NCBI GenBank assembly: GCA_964016885.1
Contig: OZ024745.1
Span: 98,890,001-98,954,000 of the forward strand
Direction of reading: 5' to 3'
DNA: 64,000 bases
Source: Eledone cirrhosa
Taxonomy: Eukaryota
In this document: positions 39,278 through 53,000 of the stretch, piece by piece
Numbering within the stretch: the first letter of the stretch is position 1
Layout of the letters: the number at the start of each line of letters is the position of its first letter
Notes under the pieces: model-generated
What the model saw: the letters and a program-made list of their open reading frames with translations, nothing else
What the model was told of the DNA's origin: nothing
Database searches by the model: none
Position numbers and translations under genes: made by a program

Positions 39278-42079
39278 TACGTAAATATATTTGGTTTTGC
39301 TCCTAAATATTTTAATATCTTATAAGAGAAAGTGAGATGTTTCATATCACAAATTAGAAAGTAAGTTGCCTTCAAAGAATTTTCAATAGGTGCTAAATAT
39401 CTTTGGCTACTAGTAAAAGACAAAAATGACATCAAAAGTAAGAAAAATGTTAGAAAACATCTCAATTGGCAGCAGTGGTAATAAGAAAAGGAAATTACAA
39501 CCAAATATTCAAACACTAAAATTATCTTTAAAGAATTAACCTCAATAATGGAGTATTAACAACTAGAAGAATAAGGCAGAAACCAATGTAGAATGCAAGG
39601 AGGAAGAGAGAGCAGTAAGAGAAGGAGGCAGAAGTGAGAGGAGGAAGAGGAAAATAGATTTGAAGTACATCTTTTGATGAAACTCTACTGTAACATTGAA
39701 TAAAGGAATATATAGTTTTAATTACTGGAATTAAAACTTTAGTAAAAATATTAATAAAAAGTAAGCAGCTAGACGAGAAATATGAAACGAAGGCTGGTGG
39801 AAGATAGCAGGGGAGAGGGAACAACAAAGAGCATGACAGAAAGCATCAAGAAAATTGTAGATAATATCTATCTTGCCAGCACTTTGTCTGTGATGTAGCT
39901 ATTTCAAACTAGCAATATATACATTTGATATAGAAATAAGTAAACTATGAACTAAAAAATAACAAAGGACAAAAAGAGAAGCAACATTAAATGAATATGA
40001 ATGCTGGCATATAAGATCCATCATTATATTATAGACATAAGAGTTGGCCATTGATGGAAACCAAAATATTCTTTGCATTCTAGTAAATATTCACCAAGAT
40101 AGGATGTTTAGATAGCAAGTTTAGACATTTGTGTGACTGGTTGTCAAATATTATGACTAAATTCTATTGTATCGGCAGAGTCATTAGGTACCTGAACTTG
40201 GAGTGCAGAGAACCACAATAAATACCTTGCAGTATTTGTTCAGGATCTCTGTGTACTGTGGTTAAATCTCATCAAGGTTAACTCTACTTTTTATCTATTC
40301 AAAGTCCATAAAATATCAATCCAGCATAGTGGATTGGCATGATTGTTAAAATGTTAGAATCAATACTGCAAGGCATCCAATCTAAGACAAAATTCTTACT
40401 TCATGCCACAAAAAAAAAAAAAAATATATATATATAGACGTATTAAAACATCCCATGAAATTTCCTGAGATGTGAACACAGAAGGCTGGCTAAATCTATA
40501 TAGGTGTGTGTTACAACAACAATAACAAGTATTCACCATCCATGTGAGTGCCTGAGAGAAATGTAGGGACAAACATTGCACGACATAACAGTGTGCATAT
40601 AGCTATTTGAACTTATGCACAATAGACTGAAAACTTTAACCACTAAGCTACTGTATTAAAAGTTAAATCAACAAATTACAAGATATTGTGGAAGGGGTAG
40701 GTTATTTGAATGACTTTTGGTCTACTGGGTAAAGACTAAAATTTATAATTTCTTCATTCATGTGTTGCTAATTATGTAAATCAATGCAAAAGATGGCTGG
40801 CTATAGTGTAAACCTCTGGGTTGTAGAGTTTTAAGTTTATGTTGCTGTTTGGAGCTTTGCTCTAGCTAAGGAACTGAAAAACCACATTTGTCAAACTAGA
40901 GAGCAGAAAATCAATTAGTGGTAAAGATTTTGTTTTACATGGAGATGAAATTCTCTTGAAGACAGATAATGAGCATTATTAGTTTTAGAGTTATGGGCAA
41001 TGGTAGATTCAGTGGAATGATGTTTGCTGAAATGTTGCTACTGTGGTGACTTGTGAGATATGATGGTTGGAAAGGGAGGATGGTATTGACTATAGTTAGA
41101 TGATATTGGTTGTAATGTGATGATGGTTGGTGTATTTATAGTCATGGTCCTGGTAGGATGTCAGTGGCTGAAGTGAGATGGTGATTTTATTGTGTTTTGT
41201 AGTGTTGTCATGGTTGTTGTTTGATGATGCTAATATAAAAGTTCCTACAGTCACAGACAGCAATAAACTGTTTAATAGATTTAAAAATTAGATTCTTAGT
41301 TTCCTTTAAAATATATATAGCAATGAATATATATATATATTTTTCTGTAAATATGAGAATTGTTGGCTGCATTAAATGATAACAGAAAGATTTCTTTTCT
41401 ATTTGAAAGTATGTAGAAGAAAGACATAAATGATATTCTTCTCCAGTCTAAATCCACTGTGGTAACAAAAGAGCTGAATATAATTGTAAAAAAATTCCAA
41501 TCTAAGTGAGAAGATTTGAGCTACAGTTACGTGGTCTGTGACACAGTGAGGTTGTAGATAGGTAACATGGGGAGTACATCACCAAGGATTACATTAAAGA
41601 CAGATTTGTCTTTAATCTTCCTTAAGATTTTTCAGTGGTAAATAGAAAGCTGCCTGTTATGTAAATAATAATATTTAGTTGTTTAGGTCTCAACTAACCT
41701 CCAAAATAGCACGCAGGAATATAAAATGAAAATTTAAGTGAATAAAAAAAAAATATTAAAATTTTTTTTCTTTAAGAGAAAATATTTGAAAAATGTAAGT
41801 TATGCCCCGAGTCTAAATATTAGATTTGAGAGTAGAGCAATATATACTTAAAACAAATATGTATTGAGTGTGGAGGAGAGTAGGGGCAAAATTAGTGAGA
41901 TACAACAGAATGTTTCATACAAACAGCTAGCTCAGTTTTTGTGTATTTAAACAGAGCATGAGTTCAGTATTTATAGTGAGTTGCAAGAATGATAAGTGTA
42001 AGTCAGTTTTGGGTGAATTGAATCTGATTTTCTTAAAATCACATTTTGGAAAAGTCCATCAGTAATTTTGGTGGTGTAC

Positions 42080-42592
42080 TTGTCTGGCAAGTGACTTGAT
42101 CTGAGACTATGTATTTGAAACTAAAACAATTACATAGTGGAAGAGTAATTTTAGCTACAGTTATTCTTGTCTGACAAGTAACTTGATCTGAGACCATGTG
42201 TTGAAACTAAAGTAAAGTGTCTGACAAGTGACTTGATCTGAGACCATGTGTTGAAACTAAAGTAAAATGTCTGGCAAGTGACTTGATCTGAGACTATGTG
42301 TTGAAACTAAAGCAAAGTGTCTGACAAGTAACTTGATCTGAGACTATGTGTTGAAACTAAAGCAAAGTTTCTGGCAAGCGACTTGATCTGAGACCATGTG
42401 TTAAAACTAAAGTAAAATGTATGGCAAGTGACTTGATCTGAGACCATGTGTTGAAACTAAAGTAAAATGTATGGCAAGTGACTTGATCTGAGACTATGTG
42501 TTGAAACTAAAGTAAAATATCCGGCATGTGACTTAATCTGAGATCATATGTTGGAACAAAAGTAAAATGTCTGGCAAGTGACTTGATCTGAA
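42080..42592. repeat. 50-bp minisatellite (9 phased copies plus one offset copy)
   Basis: actt(g/a)atctg recurs every 50 bp from 42181 to 42581. Unit tgtctggcaagtgacttgatctgagaccatgtgttgaaactaaagtaaaa. Confidence 0.95.
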
Positions 42593-42867
42593 TTCAAGTG
42601 TATCAAATTCATTCCAACTATTCAAAAATACGCAAAACTTATTAATTTTACTTTATATTTATCATTTATTTCATGACTGTCAGCATTTTTGTTACACTGT
42701 CTGCGACCTGGTCACTGGCACAGTTCCACTGCAACTTAGAATAAATTTTGAATGAGATGCAGTATTTTATAAATTGAAGCTGTTGCACAGTCATTATTTT
42801 CTTATACCAGAAATGCACTGGGTAATTGCTGGCCTTGTGCCAAAAAGTAGAAACAATTATTTTCTTC

Positions 42868-43070
42868 AGGTAGCGGTGGATTGGCGGTATCGGTAGAGGG
42901 TCGGACGCCATGCTTTGATGCATAGAATTACGGACGGTCCTTTCCAATCTGAGTTCAAATCCCGCCGAGGTTAACTTTGCCTTTCATCCTTATGGTGTCG
43001 ATAAAATAAAGTACCAGTAATGCACTGGGTAATTGCTGGCCTTGTGCCAAAAGTAGAAACAATTATTTTC
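42868..43070 (+). mobile_element. Well-preserved Nin/Deu-domain SINE
   Basis: GAGTTCAAATCCCGCCGAGGTTAACTTTGCCTTTCATCCTT..GTCGATAAAATAAAGTACCAGT, with CpGs retained. Confidence 0.88.
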
Positions 43071-43459
43071 TTCAGGTAGCATATAACAGCCTTCCAGTTT
43101 TAGTAACCTGGCTGTGAAGCTCTTGGAATTTTGGAATTGTACTTGTCTGGCAAGTGACATGATCTGAGACCAGGTTTTCAAACTAAAGCAATTGCTGCAT
43201 AGACGAGTTATTTTAGCCAAAGTTGTACTTGTCAGGGGAGTGACATGATCTGAGACCAGGTGTTGAAACTAAAGAAGTAGAACTGTGTCAGTGACCAAGT
43301 CGCAGAAAGTATGATGAAAATTTTGGCACTAAGAAATAAATGATAAATATAAAATAAAATTAGCAGCTTTTGTGTATTTTTAAATGGTTAAAATGATTCT
43401 TCTACTTCATCAATAATACCAAGGTCTCTATAAGACTAATGCTTCATACCTTATCAGCT

Positions 43460-43810
43460 TAGGCATGGGTGTGTGGTTAAGTAGTTTATTTTGCAACTAT
43501 ATGGTTTCAGGTTGAGTCCCACTGCACAGCACCTTGGGCAAGTGACTTCTACTATAGCCTCTGGTTGACCAATGCCTTGTGAGTGAGATTTGGGAGGCAG
43601 AAACTGCAGAAATTAATAGTAAATGTGTTTGTGTGTGAATGTATATGTGCATGTATCAGAGCCTGTGATTGTGCCCTATAACTTATCGATTCGATAAAAA
43701 GAAATTGATAAAATAAGTGCCACATTTTAATGAAATAAATATTGGGATTAATATGATCAACTCAGTATTACAGCATCGCTGCAGTCTAATGACTGAAACA
43801 AGTAAAAGAA
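43460..43810 (+). mobile_element. Old CORE-like tRNA SINE; related copy at ~56465-56745
   Basis: tgtgtggttaag...ggttgagtcccactgcacagcaccttgggcaagtg..ttctactatagcc. Confidence 0.7.
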
Positions 43811-44129
43811 AATAATAGAAGAATATATAGAATTAACTTCATGTGTAATTTAAAAATAATAAATATAACAGATATAGCCTAATTCATACAGCTTATTATA
43901 AGTTAAGAATAGTAAGAATAAGGTAATATTTTTGTCTACAGTCCATGGCATATAACTTCTTTGAAAATAGGAGATAGAAACTTTCAAGTCTAATTATATA
44001 TTAGTAGATTTAACAATTTCTGATGATGTAACAATAAGCAACAGATGACAAATAAATGTTGCTGTTGTTTTGTACCAACAAATTCACCAACATAAGCCAT
44101 TAATAATACCTGTATTTCTATACAAAAGT

Positions 44130-44400
44130 GAAGGTGCATGGCCTAATGGTGGTGGATTTAGGAGTATAATATGTGGGGAGTTGAATCCTGGACCAAGTGG
44201 TGTATGTGTTCTTGAGCAAAATACTTAATTTCACATGGCTCCAGTTCACTCAGCTGAAAATGAGTACAAGCAGTAGCTCAGAGTTAAATCTGTGATGGAC
44301 TGGTCTCCTGTCCAGTGGGGAGTCTTGTGCTCTCAGTTGATTAATGCAATGAAACTGTTAAGCATTGACCTGATGAGCCTCTGGGCTTGAGGAAAGAAAA
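44130..44400 (+). mobile_element. Old tRNA SINE sharing head and body with the 38941 family but with a different tail
   Basis: gcatggcctaatgg..gagttgaatcc..cttgagcaaaatacttaatttcacatggctccagttcactcagctg.aaatgagt. Confidence 0.65.
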
Positions 44401-45134
44401 TTCTATACAAAAAGGAACGTTATTTACTTTAGTGTTTATATTAATATTCCATACAATAAACAACAGTTGTTTAAATGCTGAGGGAGCTGTTTTTCCTTAC
44501 AAATTTCCCATCCCTATGAAGGCTTATAATAAAATATTTTTGGCAAAGTTTACAATGAGAGAGACGACTATTTAGTGATGTAAGTCTCCTGGTAGATGAC
44601 ATTAACGATATGATGACAATAATGATAATAAATATATTAAATAACAAATAGAAGAGATCAATTATAAGTGAAGATAATTATTAGTTATTAACTTCTTATA
44701 AGTTATCAATTAAAATAACTTATATTTCATATAACTCATGCCTATAATTTTTTTTGTTTGTTTTCTTCTTAATTTAGATATCATTTAAAATTATTTAAAA
44801 AGTCCTTTTTTTTCAAATTAAAAAGAGAATAACTGCTCCTGTGAAGCTATCAAAAAACAACATGCTGATAAGCTAAAAATTGCTTTACGTATGAAAACGT
44901 GTACAACAGAGATTAACAGTGCAGCTAACTATTGGGCTAGGAGCTACACATATCAATATTACAAACAAGAGAAAGGGAAATGAAAAAAAAAAAAAATAGA
45001 TGCAATAACAAAGGATTCAGAATAAAATGCACTAAGAATTTAAATGGGGGTGGAAAGTGGTGGTGGTGGTGTTAGTTATCTGCCACTAGAAGAACCAGAT
45101 TAGAATGTTAGTTACTGACTGGAGTAGTAAGTAC

Positions 45135-45272
45135 CATGTGTCTCTCTACGTTGCTGCTGATGTTGCTGTTGGCCATGGTAATTCACAGATGTGCGCTTTG
45201 ATGGGAGAGGCATGACAGGGACTTTCTTATTTTGCATTGCCAGAGCCTGCATCACAGCCTCGGTTCGGATTT
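45135..45272 (-). CDS. DIP2: DIP2 coding exon (end of DMAP1-binding region), (E)IRTEAVMQALAMQNKKVPVMPLPSKRTSVNYHGQQQHQQQRRETH
   Basis: Matches the DIP2 motif (D/E)I(H/R)TEAVxxALA...PMP(S/T)KR. Acceptor tctttcctctttgcag|. Donor is G|gtactt (45135) or A|gtcagt (45120), both phase 1. Confidence 0.92.
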
Positions 45273-48200
45273 CTGCAAAGAGGAAAGACCAGGTTAAAAG
45301 AGAATGGCAAAATGGAAACATCATCATCATCATCATCAGATATCCAATTACATAAAACCAAATAAAATACATGAAGGAACACAGAAAACTCTTGAAATAA
45401 AAAAAAAAAAAAAAGGTTAAAAAAGAATACAATATGGCAAAATATGTTAAACTTTTTCAAAGTCAGTTCAGAAATGTTCATGTAATTACTTTAGTAAACC
45501 AGAAACCTCTTCATTCATCTTTATAATACAAGAAAATTATTATCTTTTCTTACAAAGATTTTAATATTTGAGAATTATTTATTAAAAGGTTTACAAAGAA
45601 TCTAAAAATGAAAAAAAAAAATGTATATCCATAGTTGAAAATGATCCTAATCTATACCAAGTGCATTTTATTAATTTTAACATGGCACCAACACTAGGAA
45701 AGCTGTCATGTCTTTGGCATAGCTGAAGAGACAGCCTGTCCCTTTGTTTCACAGGTTTTCTACAGCAGGATGCCTGTCTTATCGATAACCACTTAACAGG
45801 GTATATATATATATATATACAATTGGGGAAATCAGGGGCCCCACAAGCTGATGTGAAGAGCCCATTTCTAAGAGCAGTAACTCTGAATACTTGTACATTA
45901 GACAACCCATCTACAAAAGTAATAACTCCCATATAAAGGACTATACAAAGGAAATATGAACTCTAACATGCAAAGGCATCTTGCCTTGGAGAGCAGTAAT
46001 TCTGAATAAAACCTGATACAATATAGAGGGAACATTTAAATCCTGTCAAATAACCTCTCTGATGCTGGTGGCATAATAAAATGCATCCAGTCCACATTAT
46101 AAAGTGGTTAGTGATATGAAGAACATCAAGACAGAAAAACCATACCAAAACTACGAAAATACAGTTTATTATATGATTATCATAGTAAAAAAGCTAAAGT
46201 TGTTATTCAGTTTAAAAAGGTAATGAGGATATAAAATTATATGTAATACTGTCCTAAACTGAAGTTGATGTGTCTATTTATATGTGTATATGTGCATATG
46301 TATGTGTACACACATTTCAAGTTTGAGAGAAGGTGGTTTTTCAAGAATCACAGCTTATTTAGTTATGGCTTTAAAAGAAAATACAATATCAATAATCTTT
46401 ATTAGGTGGTGAGTGATATAGAAAAGATGGTAAATTTTAACAAACTAGGCTTGCAGCCCAGGTTTTGTTCTTAGTCATAGTTGTTTATTTTACTCTGCTT
46501 AGAGAATGGCATAAGCATTACAATTCTGATTTTTCCACTCCTTAAATAAATAGCTTGGACTAAAAGAAAAACAATGACAGACAACTGAGTACTTATTGTA
46601 TTATAGTGTAAAACTATGTGTGCATGCTCAAACATTTGCACACACTTCTTTTACACTTAAGTGTTCCACATAGATAGATATGTTGGCTAATAGATTATTA
46701 CAGAAATAATGAAATATATCAGAACATGAACATTTTTTAAAAGTATTTGAATTTTCTTTTCAGTTCATAAATTATTGAAAATATTCAAAATTGGTAGGCA
46801 ACTGGCAATAACTAATCAATAGGTTTTATTGAAAATGAAAAATTCTATGCATTAAACATAACTAAAATGTGCCAATCGAATTATCTATATAAAACAGATC
46901 TTAATCTTATTAATGAGATCAGTCTAGGGCTCTTCTGGTCAATATATGCAAATATCCTTGAAATGAAAAATGTGTTGTTTTGTGTTTAAATGACAAGAAA
47001 TTTAAGTCAATTAATTATTGAGTGTGAAAGTGAGTTATCGTCATATTCAAGGGTTCAAGATGATATGAGTAAAATCATAGTGTGTATCAGAATATCAAAG
47101 TATTATTATAAATAGCAAAATAAAAAATAATAAGTATATAAATACAAATAATTTTCAAATGGCCACTAGTGAAAATGTTAATCAAATTAGAAACAATCCT
47201 CTCTATTTTACAATTAGCATGTCTAGAAAAAAAACAAAAAACTGAACAATTTGAATGTCATCAAATCGCTGGCAAAAATATTAACCAGGTGATTAGTTAG
47301 CTGTGTTATTGGCAGAACTAAGTACTCTATCACTAGCCATTTAAAAGTAAAGTAATCATCTAAATCTAATTACACTGATGACTCATTTGACTTAATATAA
47401 ACTATTAAACAAAAAGAATATGAGTGAACTATTGGCAAAGCAAAGACAAGACTAAACTAAATAAATAATGGAGCTGGGGACCATGTTATCAACTATGATT
47501 GAGAATACTATTTGATAGACACAGAGTCAAGAATCAAGCAATCAATGCAGCTATTGCTCTTCAGACTTTTCACTTCAATTTTCATAACTTCTGGTTTTAG
47601 GTGCCCAGATCTTCAATTTTTGTCAAATCTATTCAATTCCTCCCTCAATTTTCTTGCTTTTGCTGTCTCTCAGGTTTTCCCTAACCCTCTCATTACCATA
47701 TTTCTAATAAAATACATTTTATTTGAAGTATTTAATGAATGATTTGGAGGGATTTACAAAAATTATTAATTATATTATTAAATTGGCATTTGTAATATTA
47801 AGTTAACATAAGATTCTTATATAAAATTATGTTGGAAAGTTTCAATTTAAATAGGAACCCATTAAAATGGGTGGTTTTGATATCAAAGGGGTTACAACAT
47901 TTGTCTTTTGGGCATGTCCAGCCCAATACCATTTCAACAATTTTATGAACTAGATAATGTTATTTAGCTCTGTTTGTTTTTAGATCCATTTCATAGTTTT
48001 ATAGTCTTTTCACATTATTTCAATTAATGAGTAGGTTGTCATTGATATTATAATTCTACCAAAGTTTTTGTACTGTATAATGTTGAAAAGTAAGTTATCA
48101 ATATAAAATTGAAAGTCTAAAGAGAAGAAGATTATCTAATCATGATCATTTTTATGACCACTTTTCCATGGTTGGACAAGTAAAGTAAATATAGTGAGAG

Positions 48201-49666
48201 AGGAGGCTACTATATTGGCAATGAAATAAAGACAATATACAGGATTCTTTGGTCTGGATGAATATTTAACCTGTTTAGTGTTAGTTCCATGATAGAACAA
48301 ACCCAGTCCCCTTTGTCAATTGGCAGGGTGACACTACAAAAAAACCCTCCATACAACCCAATAACGTGGTTGGCATTAAAGTCATCATCCAACCATTGAA
48401 ATCATGCCAAATATGAAACATATGAGCAAGATAAGATTGCTTTGATTTGTCTGGTATTGAACTATGACAACCTGTTCAACCCATGCCACCGTGGAAAGTG
48501 GACATAAAATGATAATGATGATGATGATGATACTATGTTCAAGTGATCTTAGGCAGCAGCTGAAAAATTAAAAAACATCAGATTGCTTGTAAAAGTGGTA
48601 GATATAAAGGATGAGAACAAGATAAAAGTTGAGAAATCATAAGTGACAATGGCTCTAAAATGACATGCCATTAACAAAAAGTAGAGAAAATATAAGGAAG
48701 CCATTTTACAAATTGCAAGCTGAACATAAAATATAATGGTAATGACCAGAAAATTATTAAATTACAGATGTACTTGTTTGGATATAACAGAAAACATTGT
48801 GAATAATGCAATTGAGAAGAAAAATTAAGAAAATAAAAATTGATAGTGATCCAATCTTGTGAAAAATGCTGGGTGGCTAATGAGAAGCTACACTAGCATG
48901 CAACTGTGAAAGGGAAGATGGATAAGTGCAGCAAACTGGTGAGTGATAGTACTCTTGAGTTGAGTCCATCCAATCTATGCAAACTAATGGCTGGGTGGTT
49001 CTAGTAAGCAGCCACTGTAGAGCAGAAAGGGAAGGAAGAAAACAAATCAGCATGTTGATGCAGGCAATTGCAATTTCACTTGAATGAATAGTCAGACAAT
49101 TTCCATACTATGTCTTTTAATTTGTATCTAGACATGTGTCGCCAATCATGCATTAGAAATCTCACCCCTGTAACTGTGAATATTCCATATTTGGTATCTG
49201 TTAAATACATCTTTGGAGTCAGAAAATTTATGAGGAAAATCTAGTCTATTAAATGTGAATTCAAAACCGCTTCTTCAATAGAATCTAGATTGTTGTAGGA
49301 GATATCATGTTAGAGCAACATAAATATTACAATTGATTTCTTGGTTTAATTCTTCATCTCTGGTGAGATTTTAATGATATATAAGAAAATAGTCATATAA
49401 CAGTAATGGAAATACAGCAATATTACCAATAACTGGTTGAAATGTCAACAATGTTGAATTTTCTTTCAATATTTCTCTTATAAAGAGAATATAACAGCTT
49501 CAACCATATCTTTGGTACTTAACCAAACTTATTAGCACCTAGAAAAGGTAGGAGCCTACAGTTCATGTAAGCTTTCAAGTCAAAAGGTGAATAAGAATTG
49601 ATGGGTTATAATTTATTGGAATTATCTCAAGCTCAAAAATATCTGTCGCTTGGCTGTCATAAGTAA

Positions 49667-50011
49667 ATCATCATCATCATCATTTCATTTTACGTCCGCT
49701 TTTTCCCTGCTTGCAAGGGTGGGATGGGAACTGATTCTGGCTTGATTTCTACAGCTGGATGCCCTTCCTAACACCAACCTCATTTACAGTGAGTGCTGGG
49801 TGCTTTTTTGCCGTGGCACCTCCACGACCACTTTGCAGTGGAATGATATGGACCCCAGTCCCTATCATCTCATTTCTACAGCTGAGTAAACTGGAGCAAC
49901 GAAAAATAAAGTGTCTTGCTCAAGGAAACAACACATCACCCGATCTGAGAATTGAACTCACAACCTTTCGATTGCAAGGCTAATGCTCTAACCACTAAGC
50001 CATGTGCCTCC
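49667..50011 (-). mobile_element. tRNA-headed SINE with RTE-derived tail (copy 2)
   Basis: Near-identical to 38941-39277. Confidence 0.9.
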
Positions 50012-53000
50012 ATTAAACTGCATGAAAAATAATAATTTTGAGAACTAGATAGAAAGACAATAAAGTTATGAGGAAAATAGTTTGACTAGACTGAGATGGA
50101 AAGTTTAGAAAAAAGCTACAGTGATAATAATTTTTGTTAGAGATTATTATTGCTGCAGCTTCAGTAAATGAAACTACAAATTAAGTTTGATATAAAGCCC
50201 TGAATTGAGCAAAGTGGGTGTCATCAATTAAATCAACTCCAGTACTTGACTTGTACTTTATTTTATTTAATTTCAAGAAAGATGAATGGCAAAGTCAACC
50301 AGTTGGTATTTGAACTCCAGGATGTAACAAAATAGATGGCATTTTGTCCACTGTTTTACTAATTTTGCTATCTTGCTTTCTATGCCCTAGAGAAATAAAA
50401 TAAATGATAGCTGATACTGTAGATTTTGGTTCTGGCTCTCTGCTTTCCAAGTTCAACTTTGCCTTTTATTCATTCAAGGTCGATAAAAAAAAAAGTACCA
50501 ATCTAACACTGGGGGTTGATTCTTCCTCTATATCTCTTTCTTACTTCTTCTCTCACTTTCTGTCCTTCTCTGGAAGAAATCTGCTGCAGTCAGGCCTGGA
50601 GAGAGACGGGCTCAAACAGGCTTAAAATGCCCCTCCATCAGGAGTTACAGGGCCATCCCATACCATACTGTAGATTATCCAAAAGAATAGGTCTACCAAA
50701 ATCTGAATGCTTGAATTAATAAATCAATGTAAATTATATTTTCTGCCTATTCATAATCAATCCATTTTTATGCCTAATAATATTTCAAGTTGTGCTTACA
50801 TGATCTCACTCCAAGATATTTTTTAACTGTCTCCACTTGACTTTCATCTAATTCTAGTTGATAATAGCTATTTGTAAAAGCTAGCTTGCATCATATATTT
50901 TTAATCACAAGTGGAAACTATAAATCAACTATCATTGGTAGTAAGAATTTAATATCTGATTTAAATGCCACACCCTACCTATATCACTATGCTTCATGTT
51001 TCTATGTGTGCCATGACTGTTTTGCCGTTGTTTACTGTTCTCAGTAAAACTATTGAATGACTTTAGATAAACATTTATTCTATATGGAATATCTTTCATC
51101 AATTTCCTATACTATGTTTCAAGTTAACTATAAGATCTTACAGTTTCTATTGAAGCCTTTGATAAGAACATTGTTACCTTTTGTATCAAAGAAGCTATCG
51201 CCATTAGATACTTCAAACCTTAGTTTAAGTTGTCTCTGAAATTTGATCTGTGCATGTTAATGAGCATACATGTGCACGCAACATGCAAACATTCACACAG
51301 CATTGAGAAATAAAAGTGATTATAAGAACAAGCATATTTATAACTGGTGTATATGAGGAGGCACTGCACTATGATTCTATCATGAAAAGTTAAGATGCTC
51401 TCTCTCTCTTACTCAAACCTCTGACATTTTAGTAAAATTAACAGCTTACTGCATACACTCATTGACAAGTTACAGTTCTTTAGTTTTGCTTTTTTTACAA
51501 GTAAATCAGCTGCGAGCAGCTGAATGGGACTTATCTACCAAACCTTGCTCTGAGCTTGAAATTTGCAAAACACACACATACACATGTTAAAGTACTGGTT
51601 AATTTGTTTATGGCATGAAAACACATTGCTATGATATCAATGTTCCTCAGTCTCTGCTAGACTATATTGGCAATAACTGGGATTATTTTTTCTAAATGTT
51701 TTCTCTTTATTTTAACATAACTGCAAGTAAATTAGCAAACAGCATTTCTGAAACCAAACATGCAATTTATGTATGAGCTCAATATTATAAACAGACTTAT
51801 ATACAACATAAACAATTTTATAAAATTCATCAGCGATGATGAAAGGGTATAACTTATTTATTATGTATGTCTATTAGTTAGCTGTTGTGTATCCTGTATA
51901 GAAAGGGCATACAGTCTGTTATAAGAGGTTTGGCAGCAGAGAGAGTATCAGCCATAAAACATTGCCTCAAAGGGACCCCATGGTGTGTTTGAAGCTTACC
52001 ATGCCCACTCCCTCACTCTGACAGCAAGGCAAACCCATGCTTCAGTAGGAATGACCTTAAATCATTTGTTGTATTTCTATCAGTTAAAAGATAGTTTTTT
52101 AGTCAGTGGATACTGATAGTTAATGTTAATCAAACAGAAATTATTAAGATGTCCACCTCTTTTAACACAGCAGACAATCGCATTCCTGATCATTTATTAC
52201 AATTTGTACTCTGCTTTTATTTATTTATTTAACATTTACTACTGCATTCTTTCAGTTTACAAATCAATACACCAATCAAGTGATCTAACAAAATCAATAT
52301 ATAAAAAAAAAAATCAATTGTAAATTCATGGTATATTTCACATGAGAAGGATCTCAAAAATGGTCTTTACAAAATTTCATTTCATAAGTTAGAAACAAAA
52401 TGAAATAGGACCAAAAGTGATCAAATGTGGGTAATGAAACCATATTCCACCTGTCTATTTTTAATTACAGCAATTCTAAACATTATTCTCCATGAGAGAA
52501 AACATGAAATAAATTCTTACACTAAATGTAATTTCTGTATCTGGTTTGGAATAGTTATACTTCACCTCTGTGTATTGTAATATGTAATTAAAAGGGTTGG
52601 TGCCAGGAAGGGTGTCTAGCTATAAAACATGGCTCTCAATGTATCCATGGTGACAATGCCAATCCTTGCTTTAAAAGGGAGAAAATATCCTTAAAACACT
52701 TACATTAAAACAAAATTAACAATTTTTAAAGGCAGAAGTATAGTTCATTGAATTTATCTTTATCATAGTACTTTGAACCCATTTCATCACCTCAGAAGAG
52801 AGTACTTGAATATGAATATGTGTGTATGTACTAGTGTGAATTGGTGCATTGAATCTACAGTGAAAAAGTAAAAGTTAACCATTCAATAAACAGAGAATGG
52901 TAAAATAAATACGAGACTGAAATAAGTATTGGCGTTGATATGATCGACTAAAACCTTTGAAGATGGTGCATCAGCATGGTCATAGCCCAAAGACTGTAAT

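Noticed and set aside
42080-42592. Second CRISPR-like array
   Set aside because: Contiguous 50-bp units without unique spacers.
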